A DNA stretch of 64,000 bases. Origin: an uncultured Gammaproteobacteria bacterium (GTDB lineage: Bacteria > Pseudomonadota > Gammaproteobacteria > UBA9214). Shown one piece after another: positions 37,850 to 46,977 of the stretch. Position 1 is the stretch's first letter. Each line of letters starts with the position of its first letter. The notes under the pieces were generated by a model. It was not told the origin of the DNA. It saw only the letters and a list, made by a program, of their open reading frames with translations, and ran no database searches. The position numbers were made by a program, and so were the translations under genes. The DNA lies in the NCBI GenBank assembly GCA_963748215.1, contig CAVVHS010000007.1, positions 320,001 through 384,000 on the forward strand, given 5' to 3'.

Positions 37850-38851
37850 TCAGTCTGCCGTCACGCTGCACGCTGTTGCCTGGCAGTGCTGCGCATCCCT
37901 GCCGCCGGCGTCGGCGCTGATATCAGCCAGGGTGTCACGATACGCGGTACTGTCGGGTGCTAATGCCACCGCGCAGCGCGCGGCATTGCGTGCCTGCTGC
38001 GGGCAGCCGGTTTGCAGCAGGGCATAGGCAAGGTTGTTCCAGCCGTCGGGATCGTCCGGGGCGAGTCGCGTCGCGCGCCGGAAGGCCTGTTCTGCCGCTG
38101 CGTGATCGGCAGCTGCATAGCGGTTGTTGCCGTATGCCATCCAGGCCAGTGCCGCGTCGGGCCAGCGCCGGATTGCAGCGGCGAACGCGTCACGCGCCGC
38201 CGCCTGCTGTGCTGATGATTCAAGGTCATGCGCGGCCTGCAGGTAGCGGGCCGGTTGTGCTGTGGCCGGTATTTGACCGGCCGGCACGATCACCTGCGCC
38301 CAGTAGTCGCCGCGTGCCCAGGTTCTTTCAAACGTGGGCAGCGTGGTGCGCCAGCGCCGGGTGGTACCGGAGCGCAGGATGATCGCGTCGTCCTCGAACC
38401 AATAGCCTACGACCACGGCATAATGCCAGCGTGGCAGCCAGTTCAGGCCGAGATTCTGAAACACCAGCACCGGGTTGCCGTGCGCAACTTCGGTGAGCAG
38501 ATCCTCGAGCGAGGGCTGCAGGGGGTAGGCCAGCATGCCGTAGTGGCGTGCGGTGGCCGTGATCTCCTGCAGCAGGCTGCCGTGCAATGCTGGCACGTAA
38601 AGACGTTCCGTCAGTGCGTCGGGTGTGATCCCGATGCCGTGCGACGCGAGCACCGTCGCCAGTGCGGCGGGTCCGCACTGATAGCGGGTTTGCGGGAAGA
38701 ACGGGGTCTGTGCGAGTTCGACGCCAGCGGCCAGTTCCGGCGGAGGCGTGTGCTGCAGGGCGCGGCTTTGCGGTGTTGCGGCGCAACCGGCCAGTATCAG
38801 CGTGCAAAGCAAAACACCCGCCAGCAGGCGGGTGTTGGTTGCATATCGCAA
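37850..38851 (-). CDS. PA2778-family C39-like cysteine peptidase lipoprotein with TPR
   Basis: LAGC lipobox, FFPQTRYQCGPAALA, WHYAVVVG, WNNLAYAL; TTG start inferred. Confidence 0.85.
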   Translation of the reverse strand: MRYATNTRLLAGVLLCTLILAGCAATPQSRALQHTPPPELAAGVELAQTPFFPQTRYQCGPAALATVLASHGIGITPDALTERLYVPALHGSLLQEITATARHYGMLAYPLQPSLEDLLTEVAHGNPVLVFQNLGLNWLPRWHYAVVVGYWFEDDAIILRSGTTRRWRTTLPTFERTWARGDYWAQVIVPAGQIPATAQPARYLQAAHDLESSAQQAAARDAFAAAIRRWPDAALAWMAYGNNRYAAADHAAAEQAFRRATRLAPDDPDGWNNLAYALLQTGCPQQARNAARCAVALAPDSTAYRDTLADISADAGGRDAQHCQATACSVTAD

Positions 38852-38858
38852 GCCCGAC

Positions 38859-39248
38859 TTACCTGACCGGGTGGACGAACGGGAAGATATCGGTGGCACC
38901 GATGGCGTCGGTGATGATGAACACGATGAAGATGAGCAGGATCACGCCCAGTACGCTGTCGCCGCCGGCCTGCAGGTGCCCGATGCCCTGGTTGATACGG
39001 GCGAGTTCACTGTCAGTCAGGTGCTGCACGCGTTCGCTGGCCCATTCCGGGCTGACGCCGAGGGCCTGCAACTGCTGTTGTGCAGCCTGCCTGCCAAGCA
39101 GTTGCTGCAGGCTGTCACGGGTTTGCTGGTGGCTGCTATTGGCCAGCAGTTCGTCGTTGCCGACCATGGCGGCCTGCGCGGACAGCACCGGTGTCAGGGC
39201 AAGCAGCAGGGACAGCAGGAAAGCGAGCGGGCGTTGCAGGGTGTTCAT
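38859..39248 (-). CDS. PA2779-family protein
   Basis: AQAAMVG, LGVSP..A..RV..LTDSEL, AGG, IITDAIGATDIFPFV. Confidence 0.88.
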   Translation of the reverse strand: MNTLQRPLAFLLSLLLALTPVLSAQAAMVGNDELLANSSHQQTRDSLQQLLGRQAAQQQLQALGVSPEWASERVQHLTDSELARINQGIGHLQAGGDSVLGVILLIFIVFIITDAIGATDIFPFVHPVR

Positions 39249-39350
39249 GCGGAAATCTCCAGTGGATTTTAACTGTCAATTCAGGTCGGTTGCCCGTATT
39301 GAAACCGGGTCAATAATAGCACCAATCCCGTGCGGGAACAGGTGCGGCCG

Positions 39351-39983
39351 TTACTGCCGGTAGGCACCGGCCTGGCTGAAGGTCCGCTGTACGGGCGTCA
39401 GTTCCACGCGCCGGTTGAGGATACGGCCGGGTTCGGTGGTGTTGGGCGCCAGCGGGCGGCTTTCGCCGTGACCACGAAACGTCAGCAGCCGGGAGTCAAC
39501 GCCCTGCTCGACGAGGTAATTGTGTACGGCCCGGGCGCGCCGCTTCGACAGGTCGAGATTGTAGGGGCCGGTGCCTTCGGCGCTCGCATGACCACCGACT
39601 TCCAGTGCCTGCTGCGGATTTTCGCGCAGTGTCTTCGCAACGCTGTCGAGGACCTTTTGGGAATCCGGTGTCAGTTCATCGGAGTCGAAATGGAAGTTCA
39701 CGCCGCGCAGGATCCAGCCTCCGCTTGCGGGACGTGATGGCATATAGGCGGGATAGACGGGATAGCCGCGATAGGCATTGAAGCGATTATAGCCACTGCC
39801 GCGACCGCGGCCGCTGAAGGAGGTGCCGAAACTGAAACCGCCGTCTGCGGCGCCGTCGAACGGGCCGGCGCCGTAATAGCCGTTATGGCCATAACCGGGG
39901 CCGTAACCCCAGGCCTGGACGTGAGCGGGGGCCAGGGCGAAGCCTGACAGGGCAATAACTGCGGCGAGGACGGTAGACTTCAT
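39351..39983 (-). CDS. OmpA-like peptidoglycan-binding protein with Gly/Tyr-rich sulfur-globule-like N-terminus
   Basis: Signal peptide; WGYGPGYG...DG..DG.F.F..S.SGRGRG; C-terminal VNFHFDS, GH, NLDLSKRRA, NRRVEL. Confidence 0.85.
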   Translation of the reverse strand: MKSTVLAAVIALSGFALAPAHVQAWGYGPGYGHNGYYGAGPFDGAADGGFSFGTSFSGRGRGSGYNRFNAYRGYPVYPAYMPSRPASGGWILRGVNFHFDSDELTPDSQKVLDSVAKTLRENPQQALEVGGHASAEGTGPYNLDLSKRRARAVHNYLVEQGVDSRLLTFRGHGESRPLAPNTTEPGRILNRRVELTPVQRTFSQAGAYRQ

Positions 39984-40175
39984 TGCGCGATTCTCCTGCA
40001 AGATCAGTAATTAATTAAATAATTATACAGAAGCCGGGAATGGCATGGAATTAAATATTATTCCATTCTTCACAATAGGTTGCATGACTTAACGCATGCT
40101 TGCGCAATCCTTGCATCCCGGCAATACCGTACACGAAACGGGTATCGGCACGGCAGCCGGTATCCTGTGCAAACG

Positions 40176-40397
40176 CTAGCGCTTGACTGCGCTGTCACGG
40201 TAATGCGCATCGAGCCAGCAGCGCGGCAGCGGTTCACCCGAAGGAAACTGCAGGTCGGACTTGTTGAATTTTTCCGGGTCCTGGACCTCTTCCCCGTGCT
40301 GGTAGCGCCCCACCACGCGTTTGCAGAACGGGTCGAACAGGTCGTTCAGTGACAGTATCTCAACCAGGTCGTCCTTGGTGCTGTGCTTCAGAAACAT
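40176..40397 (-). CDS. Small conserved hypothetical protein
   Basis: GGAGG SD; LVE.L....LFDPF...GR.Q.GEE.QDPE.F.K..L.FPSGE.LPRCW pattern recalled from a conserved family. Confidence 0.8.
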   Translation of the reverse strand: MFLKHSTKDDLVEILSLNDLFDPFCKRVVGRYQHGEEVQDPEKFNKSDLQFPSGEPLPRCWLDAHYRDSAVKR

Positions 40398-40489
40398 TGT
40401 ATCCTCCAGGCAGGCTTATTCAATGAGCATCCGGCAAGTATAGTCTTTATTGCGGGCGTTTGTCCGCACCTCACACACCATGGACCGCT

Positions 40490-40882
40490 ATGGACGACCG
40501 GGTTTTCCGTATTGACGATGTAGCCGACGACCCGCGCCGGCTGACGCAGTCCGTGCTGCAGATCACGGCGCTGCTTGGCCTGTACCAGGCCGAGCTCGCG
40601 CGCATCCTGTGCATCAAATGCAAGGACATCGGGCAACTCGCGTCCGGCCGCCGTTGCCTGGAACCGGGCAGCGAGCCATGGCGGCAGGCCCGGCGCCTGG
40701 TGCGTCTCTACCAGGCCCTGTATGCCCGGCAGGATGGCAACGGTGCCGCTATGTGTCACTGGCTGCGGGTGCCGCAGCCGGTGCTCGGCGGCGTGCCGCA
40801 CCTGCTGATGGTCGACGATGGCCGGCTGGCAGACGTGGTCCACTGCCTGGAGGAGGCAGCTGGCCCGCCGACAACCGTGTGA
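40490..40882 (+). CDS. Xre/MbcA/ParS-like antitoxin (DUF2384-type)
   Basis: HTH (LGLYQAELARIL) plus C-terminal HWLRVPQPVLGGVP..LM...G.L..V. Confidence 0.7.
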   Translation: MDDRVFRIDDVADDPRRLTQSVLQITALLGLYQAELARILCIKCKDIGQLASGRRCLEPGSEPWRQARRLVRLYQALYARQDGNGAAMCHWLRVPQPVLGGVPHLLMVDDGRLADVVHCLEEAAGPPTTV

Positions 40883-41007
40883 CGTATAACCCGCATGGTC
40901 CGCATGATTGATTTGCAAATGCAGTGCCGGACATGGAGTATCTCCACGCATACCCGGGTGCATCGCGGTCCGGTGCGGCCATCGACACAACATGACGGAG
41001 AACAGTC

Positions 41008-41715
41008 TTGCATACAGTCAAACTGATCGTGATGCTGGTATTGCTGGCTGGCGCGACGGGGTGCGCAGCACTCAGGCCATCTGCCGACGGGGCAAGCGAT
41101 GCTGTTGCCGGGACGGTCACTGAACCCACGGCTACCGGCTGGTGGTATGCACGTTTCAGCATTGCCCGTCCCGATGGCGAGGCGCCGCGCTGGCATATCG
41201 ACAGCCTGCTGGGTGGTGAAGTGATTGCACCGATGTTCGATCGCAATTACCAGGACATCATGATCTGGCGCGTGCACCGGCGTGCCGGCGACGACGCCTA
41301 CGGTCACGTGTTCAGCTTCATCTTCTACAGCACCGCCGCAGCTGCACAGCGTATCTACACCGACCTGGAAAACAATCCCGTGCTGCGCAAGCTCCGGCAG
41401 GATGGCACAGTGACCGGTGTCGATTACGATGACCTCACCACGATTACACGACCACGCATCGAGGATACCAGCGACGCAAGCTGGTCGCCGGTAGTGCAGG
41501 AGAGCTGGCCGGCATTTGCCATGGGCGCAAGCCGCATGTGGCTGGACATGGTGGGTGTGATTGCCGACGGGCTCGCCGACGAGCCCGACCTGGAACAGCG
41601 CTATCGCGCCGTACAGCAGGAGGTCGACACAATCTGGGCCAGCCAGGGCCAGCATGCCATGCTGCATCATCTGAGCGCGGTGTTCGGCTACCAGCCCTTG
41701 CTCATTACCTATTGA
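41008..41715 (+). CDS. Hypothetical lipoprotein
   Basis: Hydrophobic N-terminus ending ATGC; 235-aa ORF. Confidence 0.7.
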   Translation: MHTVKLIVMLVLLAGATGCAALRPSADGASDAVAGTVTEPTATGWWYARFSIARPDGEAPRWHIDSLLGGEVIAPMFDRNYQDIMIWRVHRRAGDDAYGHVFSFIFYSTAAAAQRIYTDLENNPVLRKLRQDGTVTGVDYDDLTTITRPRIEDTSDASWSPVVQESWPAFAMGASRMWLDMVGVIADGLADEPDLEQRYRAVQQEVDTIWASQGQHAMLHHLSAVFGYQPLLITY

Positions 41716-41738
41716 TTACCAGACAGGACAGGACGCAC

Positions 41739-41960
41739 ATGCAATGGCTCGACCGTATACCGTTTGCCCTGCTGTTGCCGCTGGCCGTGGTGCTGGCGCT
41801 GGCGCCTTTTACGCCGGAGCCTCATCTACTCGAAAAGCTCAGGATGCTGTTCAGCGGCACGCTCACCCGTCCCGTCGACATCTTCGACCTGATCCTGCAC
41901 GGGACGCCCCTGCTGCTGGTGATCCTGAAGCTGACCGTGCGCGGGCGCGGCCGGGGTTGA
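41739..41960 (+). CDS. Small two-TM conserved membrane protein
   Basis: AGGA SD; LAPF.PEPHL.EKL.ML..G.L.RP.DIFDL..HG. Confidence 0.8.
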   Translation: MQWLDRIPFALLLPLAVVLALAPFTPEPHLLEKLRMLFSGTLTRPVDIFDLILHGTPLLLVILKLTVRGRGRG

Positions 41961-41963
41961 CCG

Positions 41964-42130
41964 TCAGGGTGTAGCGAGTATCAGCTGCTGCAACAGCAGC
42001 CGGTAGGACAGGTCAATGACATCGTGGGCGCAGCGGACGGGTAGAAGTCGCAGAGCGAGTCGCAACAAGGGGTTGTTGTTGGCGATCTATCTCCACCATC
42101 GAAGTCCCCATACGCCGTACGGCGTGTCGA
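41964..42130 (-). pseudogene. Degenerate dockerin-like C-terminal gene remnant
   Basis: GDFDGGD...CDFYPSAAP in one frame, then DVIDLSYRLLLQQLILATP* in another. Confidence 0.4.
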
Positions 42131-42480
42131 AGCGGAGAGAACAGGCCTGCGGTATCGTACATCAGGCATGGAAACCGTTGTTACGGGCATCGGTTCGCTT
42201 GTTCTCATGCCTACCTCCGGACGGGCGATAGCCCACCAAACAAAAAAGCCTGACAGTCTGATGATTTCAGCATTTTTAATGCATTTATCCCGAATCGGGG
42301 TGTGCCCATCGCGCCGCGAGAGCGATCACTGCTTTCTGCAACCTGTTTTTGACGTTGGTCTTCACAGGCCGGGGCTTCTATACTGTTTGTCTACCGCTGA
42401 GAGATAGTAAAAAAAGCGCGTGCACTATGGTGGCGGAGTGTCCAGATAACAAAAATCTACAGGCTTTCGGCAGGAGCAGT

Positions 42481-42957
42481 ATGATGCAGCGGATAACAAG
42501 GAATTTCCTCCTGACCGGATCCAGACTGACCCTTGCGGCCTTTCTGTTATTGCATGACGGTCTGGCACGGGCGGGAGACGGCGGGGATCAATCGCTCACA
42601 GGCAGCATGCCCGCAGGCTCGCCGGAAACAGCGGTGCAGGCCCCGATCGCTGCGCAGGGTCTGCGCGTGTACCGCGATCCAAAAACGGGGCAGCTCGGCT
42701 CACCGCCTCCCGTTCAGGCGCCGTCTGTCCTGACAACCGCGGAGCAGCGCATGCTGAACCGCTCTGACCAGGGCTTGCAATCGCGCACCCTGCCGGGCGG
42801 GGGTGTTGCCGTCAATCTCCAGGGACGCTACAGGAGTATGGCTGTGGCAACGGTCGGCGCCGATGGGCAGGCTGCAGTGAGCTGTGCACTCACGCCGGCG
42901 CAGGCCGCGGCGGCCCTGCAGCCGGGCGAGCAGACTGTGGTCGGGCCAGCGGACTGA
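42481..42957 (+). CDS. Exported post-PEP-CTERM-1-like domain protein
   Basis: GLRVYRDPKTGQL...GGVAVNLQGRY; signal peptide; coupled to the next gene (TGATG). Confidence 0.7.
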   Translation: MMQRITRNFLLTGSRLTLAAFLLLHDGLARAGDGGDQSLTGSMPAGSPETAVQAPIAAQGLRVYRDPKTGQLGSPPPVQAPSVLTTAEQRMLNRSDQGLQSRTLPGGGVAVNLQGRYRSMAVATVGADGQAAVSCALTPAQAAAALQPGEQTVVGPAD

Positions 42958-44432
42958 TGCAGCGGCATCCGGGCTATGCCGGTTTGATCATCTGGCTGTT
43001 GCCGGTAGTGCTGGCGTGTCTGGTCGCAGCGTCGCCGGCTCTGGCGGCCAACTTCGTGATTAATAATCTGGACGACCCCGGCGAGGGCTTCAACGACTCC
43101 ACACCGGTTGCTCCCGTGGGCGGCAATGACGGGACCACCCTGGGACAGCAGCGTCTTAACCTGTTCCAGAAGGCGGCGGAGATCTGGGGGGCGGCCATCG
43201 AGAGTGCCGTGCCGATCGTCATCCAGGCGAGCTTCGATCCCTTGACCTGCTCTGCCAATTCCGCCGTTTTGGGTTCTGCGGGGACCATTGAGATTTTCAG
43301 CGACTTCCCCGGCGCACCCGAGCCGAATACCTGGTACCACGGCGCACTGGCCAATGCGATTGCCGGCTTCGATCAAAATCCGACCATGGATGATATCAGC
43401 GCGACCTTCAACAGCGACATCGACAACAATAGCAGCTGCATGTCCGGGAGCAACTGGTACCTCGGCTACGACCACAATCACGACAGCGATATCGACCTGC
43501 TGGCGGTGCTGCTGCACGAGTTCGCTCACGGCCTTGGATTTTCAAATTTCACTGACGAGTCTACTGGATCCTTCTTGCTAAACCGGCCTGACATTTTTTC
43601 ATACTTTACATTCGACAACACAATTGGTCTGCACTGGGATGAGATGAACAACACCCAGCGCAGTTTCTCCGCCACCAATACCGGCAACGTGGTATGGGAC
43701 GGCCCTGCTGTCCTTGCCGGTGTTGCGGGGTTTCTCACCAGCGGTACCGACCCGTCCGGCCATGCACGGCTATATGCCCCCAATCCGGTTCAGTCCGGCT
43801 CGTCGATTTCGCACTTCGACACCGTGGCTAATCCGAATCTCCTCATGGAACCCATCCTTACGTCGAATCTCGGTTCGGATCTCGATCTCACCGATGAGCA
43901 GCTGGTCGACGTGGGCTGGACCTCTGCGGACTCGGACGGTGACGGTGTGGCGAATACCGTGGACAACTGTCCGCAGGACCCGAACCCCGACCAGGCCGAT
44001 ACCGACGGCGACGGAGCGGGAGATGCCTGTGACAGCGACATCGACGGCGACGGACTGGACAACGCGACGGAGCTCTTGCTGGGAACAGACCCGGGGAATC
44101 CCGACAGCGATGGTGACGGACTCACTGACGGTGAGGAGGTGAATCTTTACACGACCGATCCGCTGAATCCCGATAGTGACGGCGATTACCTGGTCGATGG
44201 AGAGGAGGTCAATCTATACGGATCCGATCCCAACCATGATGACACCGGCGACCTGGCGCCGCGCGGTAATCCCGATGGTTCGCTGAATGCCGGCGACCTG
44301 ATGGTGTTGATGCGACTGGTGACGGCACTGGAAACGCCCGATGCGCGTGAGACGTTGCTGGCAGATATCAATCATGACGGCCTGCTGAATGCAGCTGACA
44401 TCCTGCTGCTTATGGCAACGCTTGGCCTGTAG
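42957..44432 (+). CDS. Secreted zinc metallopeptidase with TSP3-like Ca-binding repeats and C-terminal dockerin-like domain
   Basis: LHEFAHGLGF, GSSISHFD, LLMEP; DxDGDG repeats; GDL...DG.LNAGDL...ADINHDGLLNAADILLL. Confidence 0.85.
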   Translation: MQRHPGYAGLIIWLLPVVLACLVAASPALAANFVINNLDDPGEGFNDSTPVAPVGGNDGTTLGQQRLNLFQKAAEIWGAAIESAVPIVIQASFDPLTCSANSAVLGSAGTIEIFSDFPGAPEPNTWYHGALANAIAGFDQNPTMDDISATFNSDIDNNSSCMSGSNWYLGYDHNHDSDIDLLAVLLHEFAHGLGFSNFTDESTGSFLLNRPDIFSYFTFDNTIGLHWDEMNNTQRSFSATNTGNVVWDGPAVLAGVAGFLTSGTDPSGHARLYAPNPVQSGSSISHFDTVANPNLLMEPILTSNLGSDLDLTDEQLVDVGWTSADSDGDGVANTVDNCPQDPNPDQADTDGDGAGDACDSDIDGDGLDNATELLLGTDPGNPDSDGDGLTDGEEVNLYTTDPLNPDSDGDYLVDGEEVNLYGSDPNHDDTGDLAPRGNPDGSLNAGDLMVLMRLVTALETPDARETLLADINHDGLLNAADILLLMATLGL

Positions 44433-44731
44433 GTACCGGCCCTGGCTTGCATTACCCGCTGGTATTTTCGATCAGTTGTGCCCATTCAGCAATAAACTAC
44501 GGAACAGTCAGCATGAGCTAGTAACCGTCTCCAGCTACCAGCGTTGCTTTTTCCGTAAACCTTGCAGTGGTGCAGGCCGCGTGGTGATTTCCATACCGCT
44601 ATTACCTTCTATTTCAACATGCTGGCGGTGAACGCCGCACCAGCAGGCCGGCTGCCTGAAAATATGAGATAATGCCCAGCTTTACGTTTGCCGGGGCAGT
44701 CCCGGGCGAGCATCAACCGACAGGATATACC

Positions 44732-46340
44732 GTGATCTCTACCGCCAATATCACCATGCAGTTCGGGGCGAAGCCCCTGTTCGAAAACGTCTCGGTGCGC
44801 TTCGGCGCGGGTCATCGTTACGGCCTGATCGGTGCCAATGGCTGCGGCAAGTCGACCTTCATGAAAATACTCGGCGGCGATCTCGAGCAGACTGCCGGCA
44901 CGGTCAGCATCGACGAGAACGAACGGGTCGGCAAGCTGCGCCAGGACCAGTTTGCCTTCGAGGAATTTACCGTCATCGATACCGTCATCATGGGGCATGA
45001 GGCGCTGTGGACTATCAAGCAGGAGCGCGACCGGCTCTACTCACTGCCGGAGATGAGCGAGGACGAGGGCATGCGCGTTGCAGACCTGGAAGTGCACTTT
45101 GCCGAACTCGACGGCTACAGCGCCGAGTCACGCGCGAGCGAGCTGCTGCTGGGCCTGGATATTCCGCTCGAGCAGCATAACGGCCTGATGTCGTGCGGTG
45201 GCGCCGGGCTGGAAGCTGCGGGTGCTGCTGGCGCAGGCGCTGTTTGCCGATCCGGACATCATGCTGCTGGACGAGCCGACCAACAACCTCGATATCAACA
45301 CCATTCGCTGGCTGGAAGGCGTGCTGAACGAACGCAACAGCACCATGATCATCATCTCGCATGACCGGCACTTCCTGAACAGCGTCTGTACCCACATGGC
45401 GGACCTCGACTACGGCGAGTTGCGTATCTACCCGGGTAATTACGATGAGTACATGACCGCGGCCACCCAGGTCCGCGAGCGCATGTATGCCAACAATGCG
45501 AAGAAAAAGGCCCAGATCGCCGAATTGCAGACCTTCGTCAGCCGTTTCTCGGCCAATGCCTCGAAGGCCCGGCAGGCGACCTCGCGTGCGCGCCAGATCG
45601 AGAAGATCAAGCTCGAGGAGATCAAGCCATCCAGCCGGGTGAACCCCTATATCCGTTTCGAGCAGGCGAAGAAGCTGTACCGACTGGCGCTGGACGTCGA
45701 GGGCCTGAGCAAGTTCTGGGGCGAGCAGCGTATCTTCGACCGACTCGACCTGAAGATCGAGGCAGGCGAGCGCGTGGCCATCATCGGCGCCAACGGAATC
45801 GGCAAGACGACCCTGCTGCGCACCCTGGCCGGCGACCTGGAGAAAGACCAGGGCCGGCTGAAATGGTCCGACAACGCGGAACTCGGTTACTTCGCCCAGG
45901 ATCATGCGGACGAGTTCGACAGCGACATGAGCCTGTTCGAGTGGATGAGCCGCTGCGGCAGGGAGGGGGACGACGAGCAGGTCATCCGCGGCACGCTCGG
46001 GCGCCTGCTGTTTTCGCAGGACGAGATCAACAAGCCGGTCAGGGTGGTTTCCGGTGGCGAGCAGGGCCGCATGCTGTTCGGCAAGCTCATGCTGCAGCAG
46101 CCTAACGTCATGCTGATGGACGAGCCGACCAATCACCTCGACATGGAATCGATCGAGTCGCTGAATCTGGCGCTGGAAAACTATCCGGGTACACTGATCT
46201 TCGTCAGTCATGACCGGGAATTCGTGTCGTCGCTGGCGACGCGGATCATTGAAATGAAGCCGGACGGTGTGGTCGATTTCAACGGCAACTACGAGGAGTA
46301 CCTGCGCAGCCAGGAACTCGCGATGAAAAAGGCGGGTTAA
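44732..46340 (+). pseudogene. ybiT: ABC-F ATPase (YbiT-like), split by a +1 frameshift near 45193-45194 (possible sequencing error)
   Basis: [39 protein letters not shown], second NBD SGGEQGR. Confidence 0.88.
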
Positions 46341-46391
46341 CGTATATGCCGGCGCCGCTGCACCTGTGCCTCTGAAACAGGAACGATTGCG

Positions 46392-46769
46392 ATGACCAAT
46401 ATCATGGGTGTATTGCTCAACGGCATTGCCCAGCTGGAGTACGACCGCGACAAGCTGCTGCCGGAACATCAGCTGGCCTACCTGGATCGCATGGATGCGA
46501 AGATGGACAGTGGCATCCTGATCGGTACCGAGACCGTCCACAACCCCGACCTGAACCAGCGCACCCAGTTTGCGGCCGCCAACCTGGTGCATGCACTGCA
46601 GACGGCCGACGAGGCCACGGCAGCGGCCATGTGCAGCTACCTGGCCATCCGTCTGCCCGATCTCAAGCAGGTGCGCATCGAGGATGACGATGACAATGTC
46701 ACCGTCGAGTTCGTCTTCGACGAGGCCTACCGCAAGCAGGTAGTGGTGGATTTCAAGCCGCTGCACTGA
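46392..46769 (+). CDS. Conserved hypothetical protein
   Basis: 125-aa ORF with host codon usage downstream of the ABC-F gene. Confidence 0.75.
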   Translation: MTNIMGVLLNGIAQLEYDRDKLLPEHQLAYLDRMDAKMDSGILIGTETVHNPDLNQRTQFAAANLVHALQTADEATAAAMCSYLAIRLPDLKQVRIEDDDDNVTVEFVFDEAYRKQVVVDFKPLH

Positions 46770-46977
46770 GTGCGCGGCGCGACGGTGCCCGCTCGCGTGT
46801 CACGGGCGACCTGCCTTTTATAATATAAAAATACAACGATAACAGCAATTAGAGAAATAATAATATTATTGACATTAACTTGTACCTGGCGGGTTCGCTG
46901 CTTTTAAACGGCGGATTCGCTACTATATGCACGCGCCGGCGACATGCGTCCCGGCGTCAAGGAATTCGGAGGAGATT

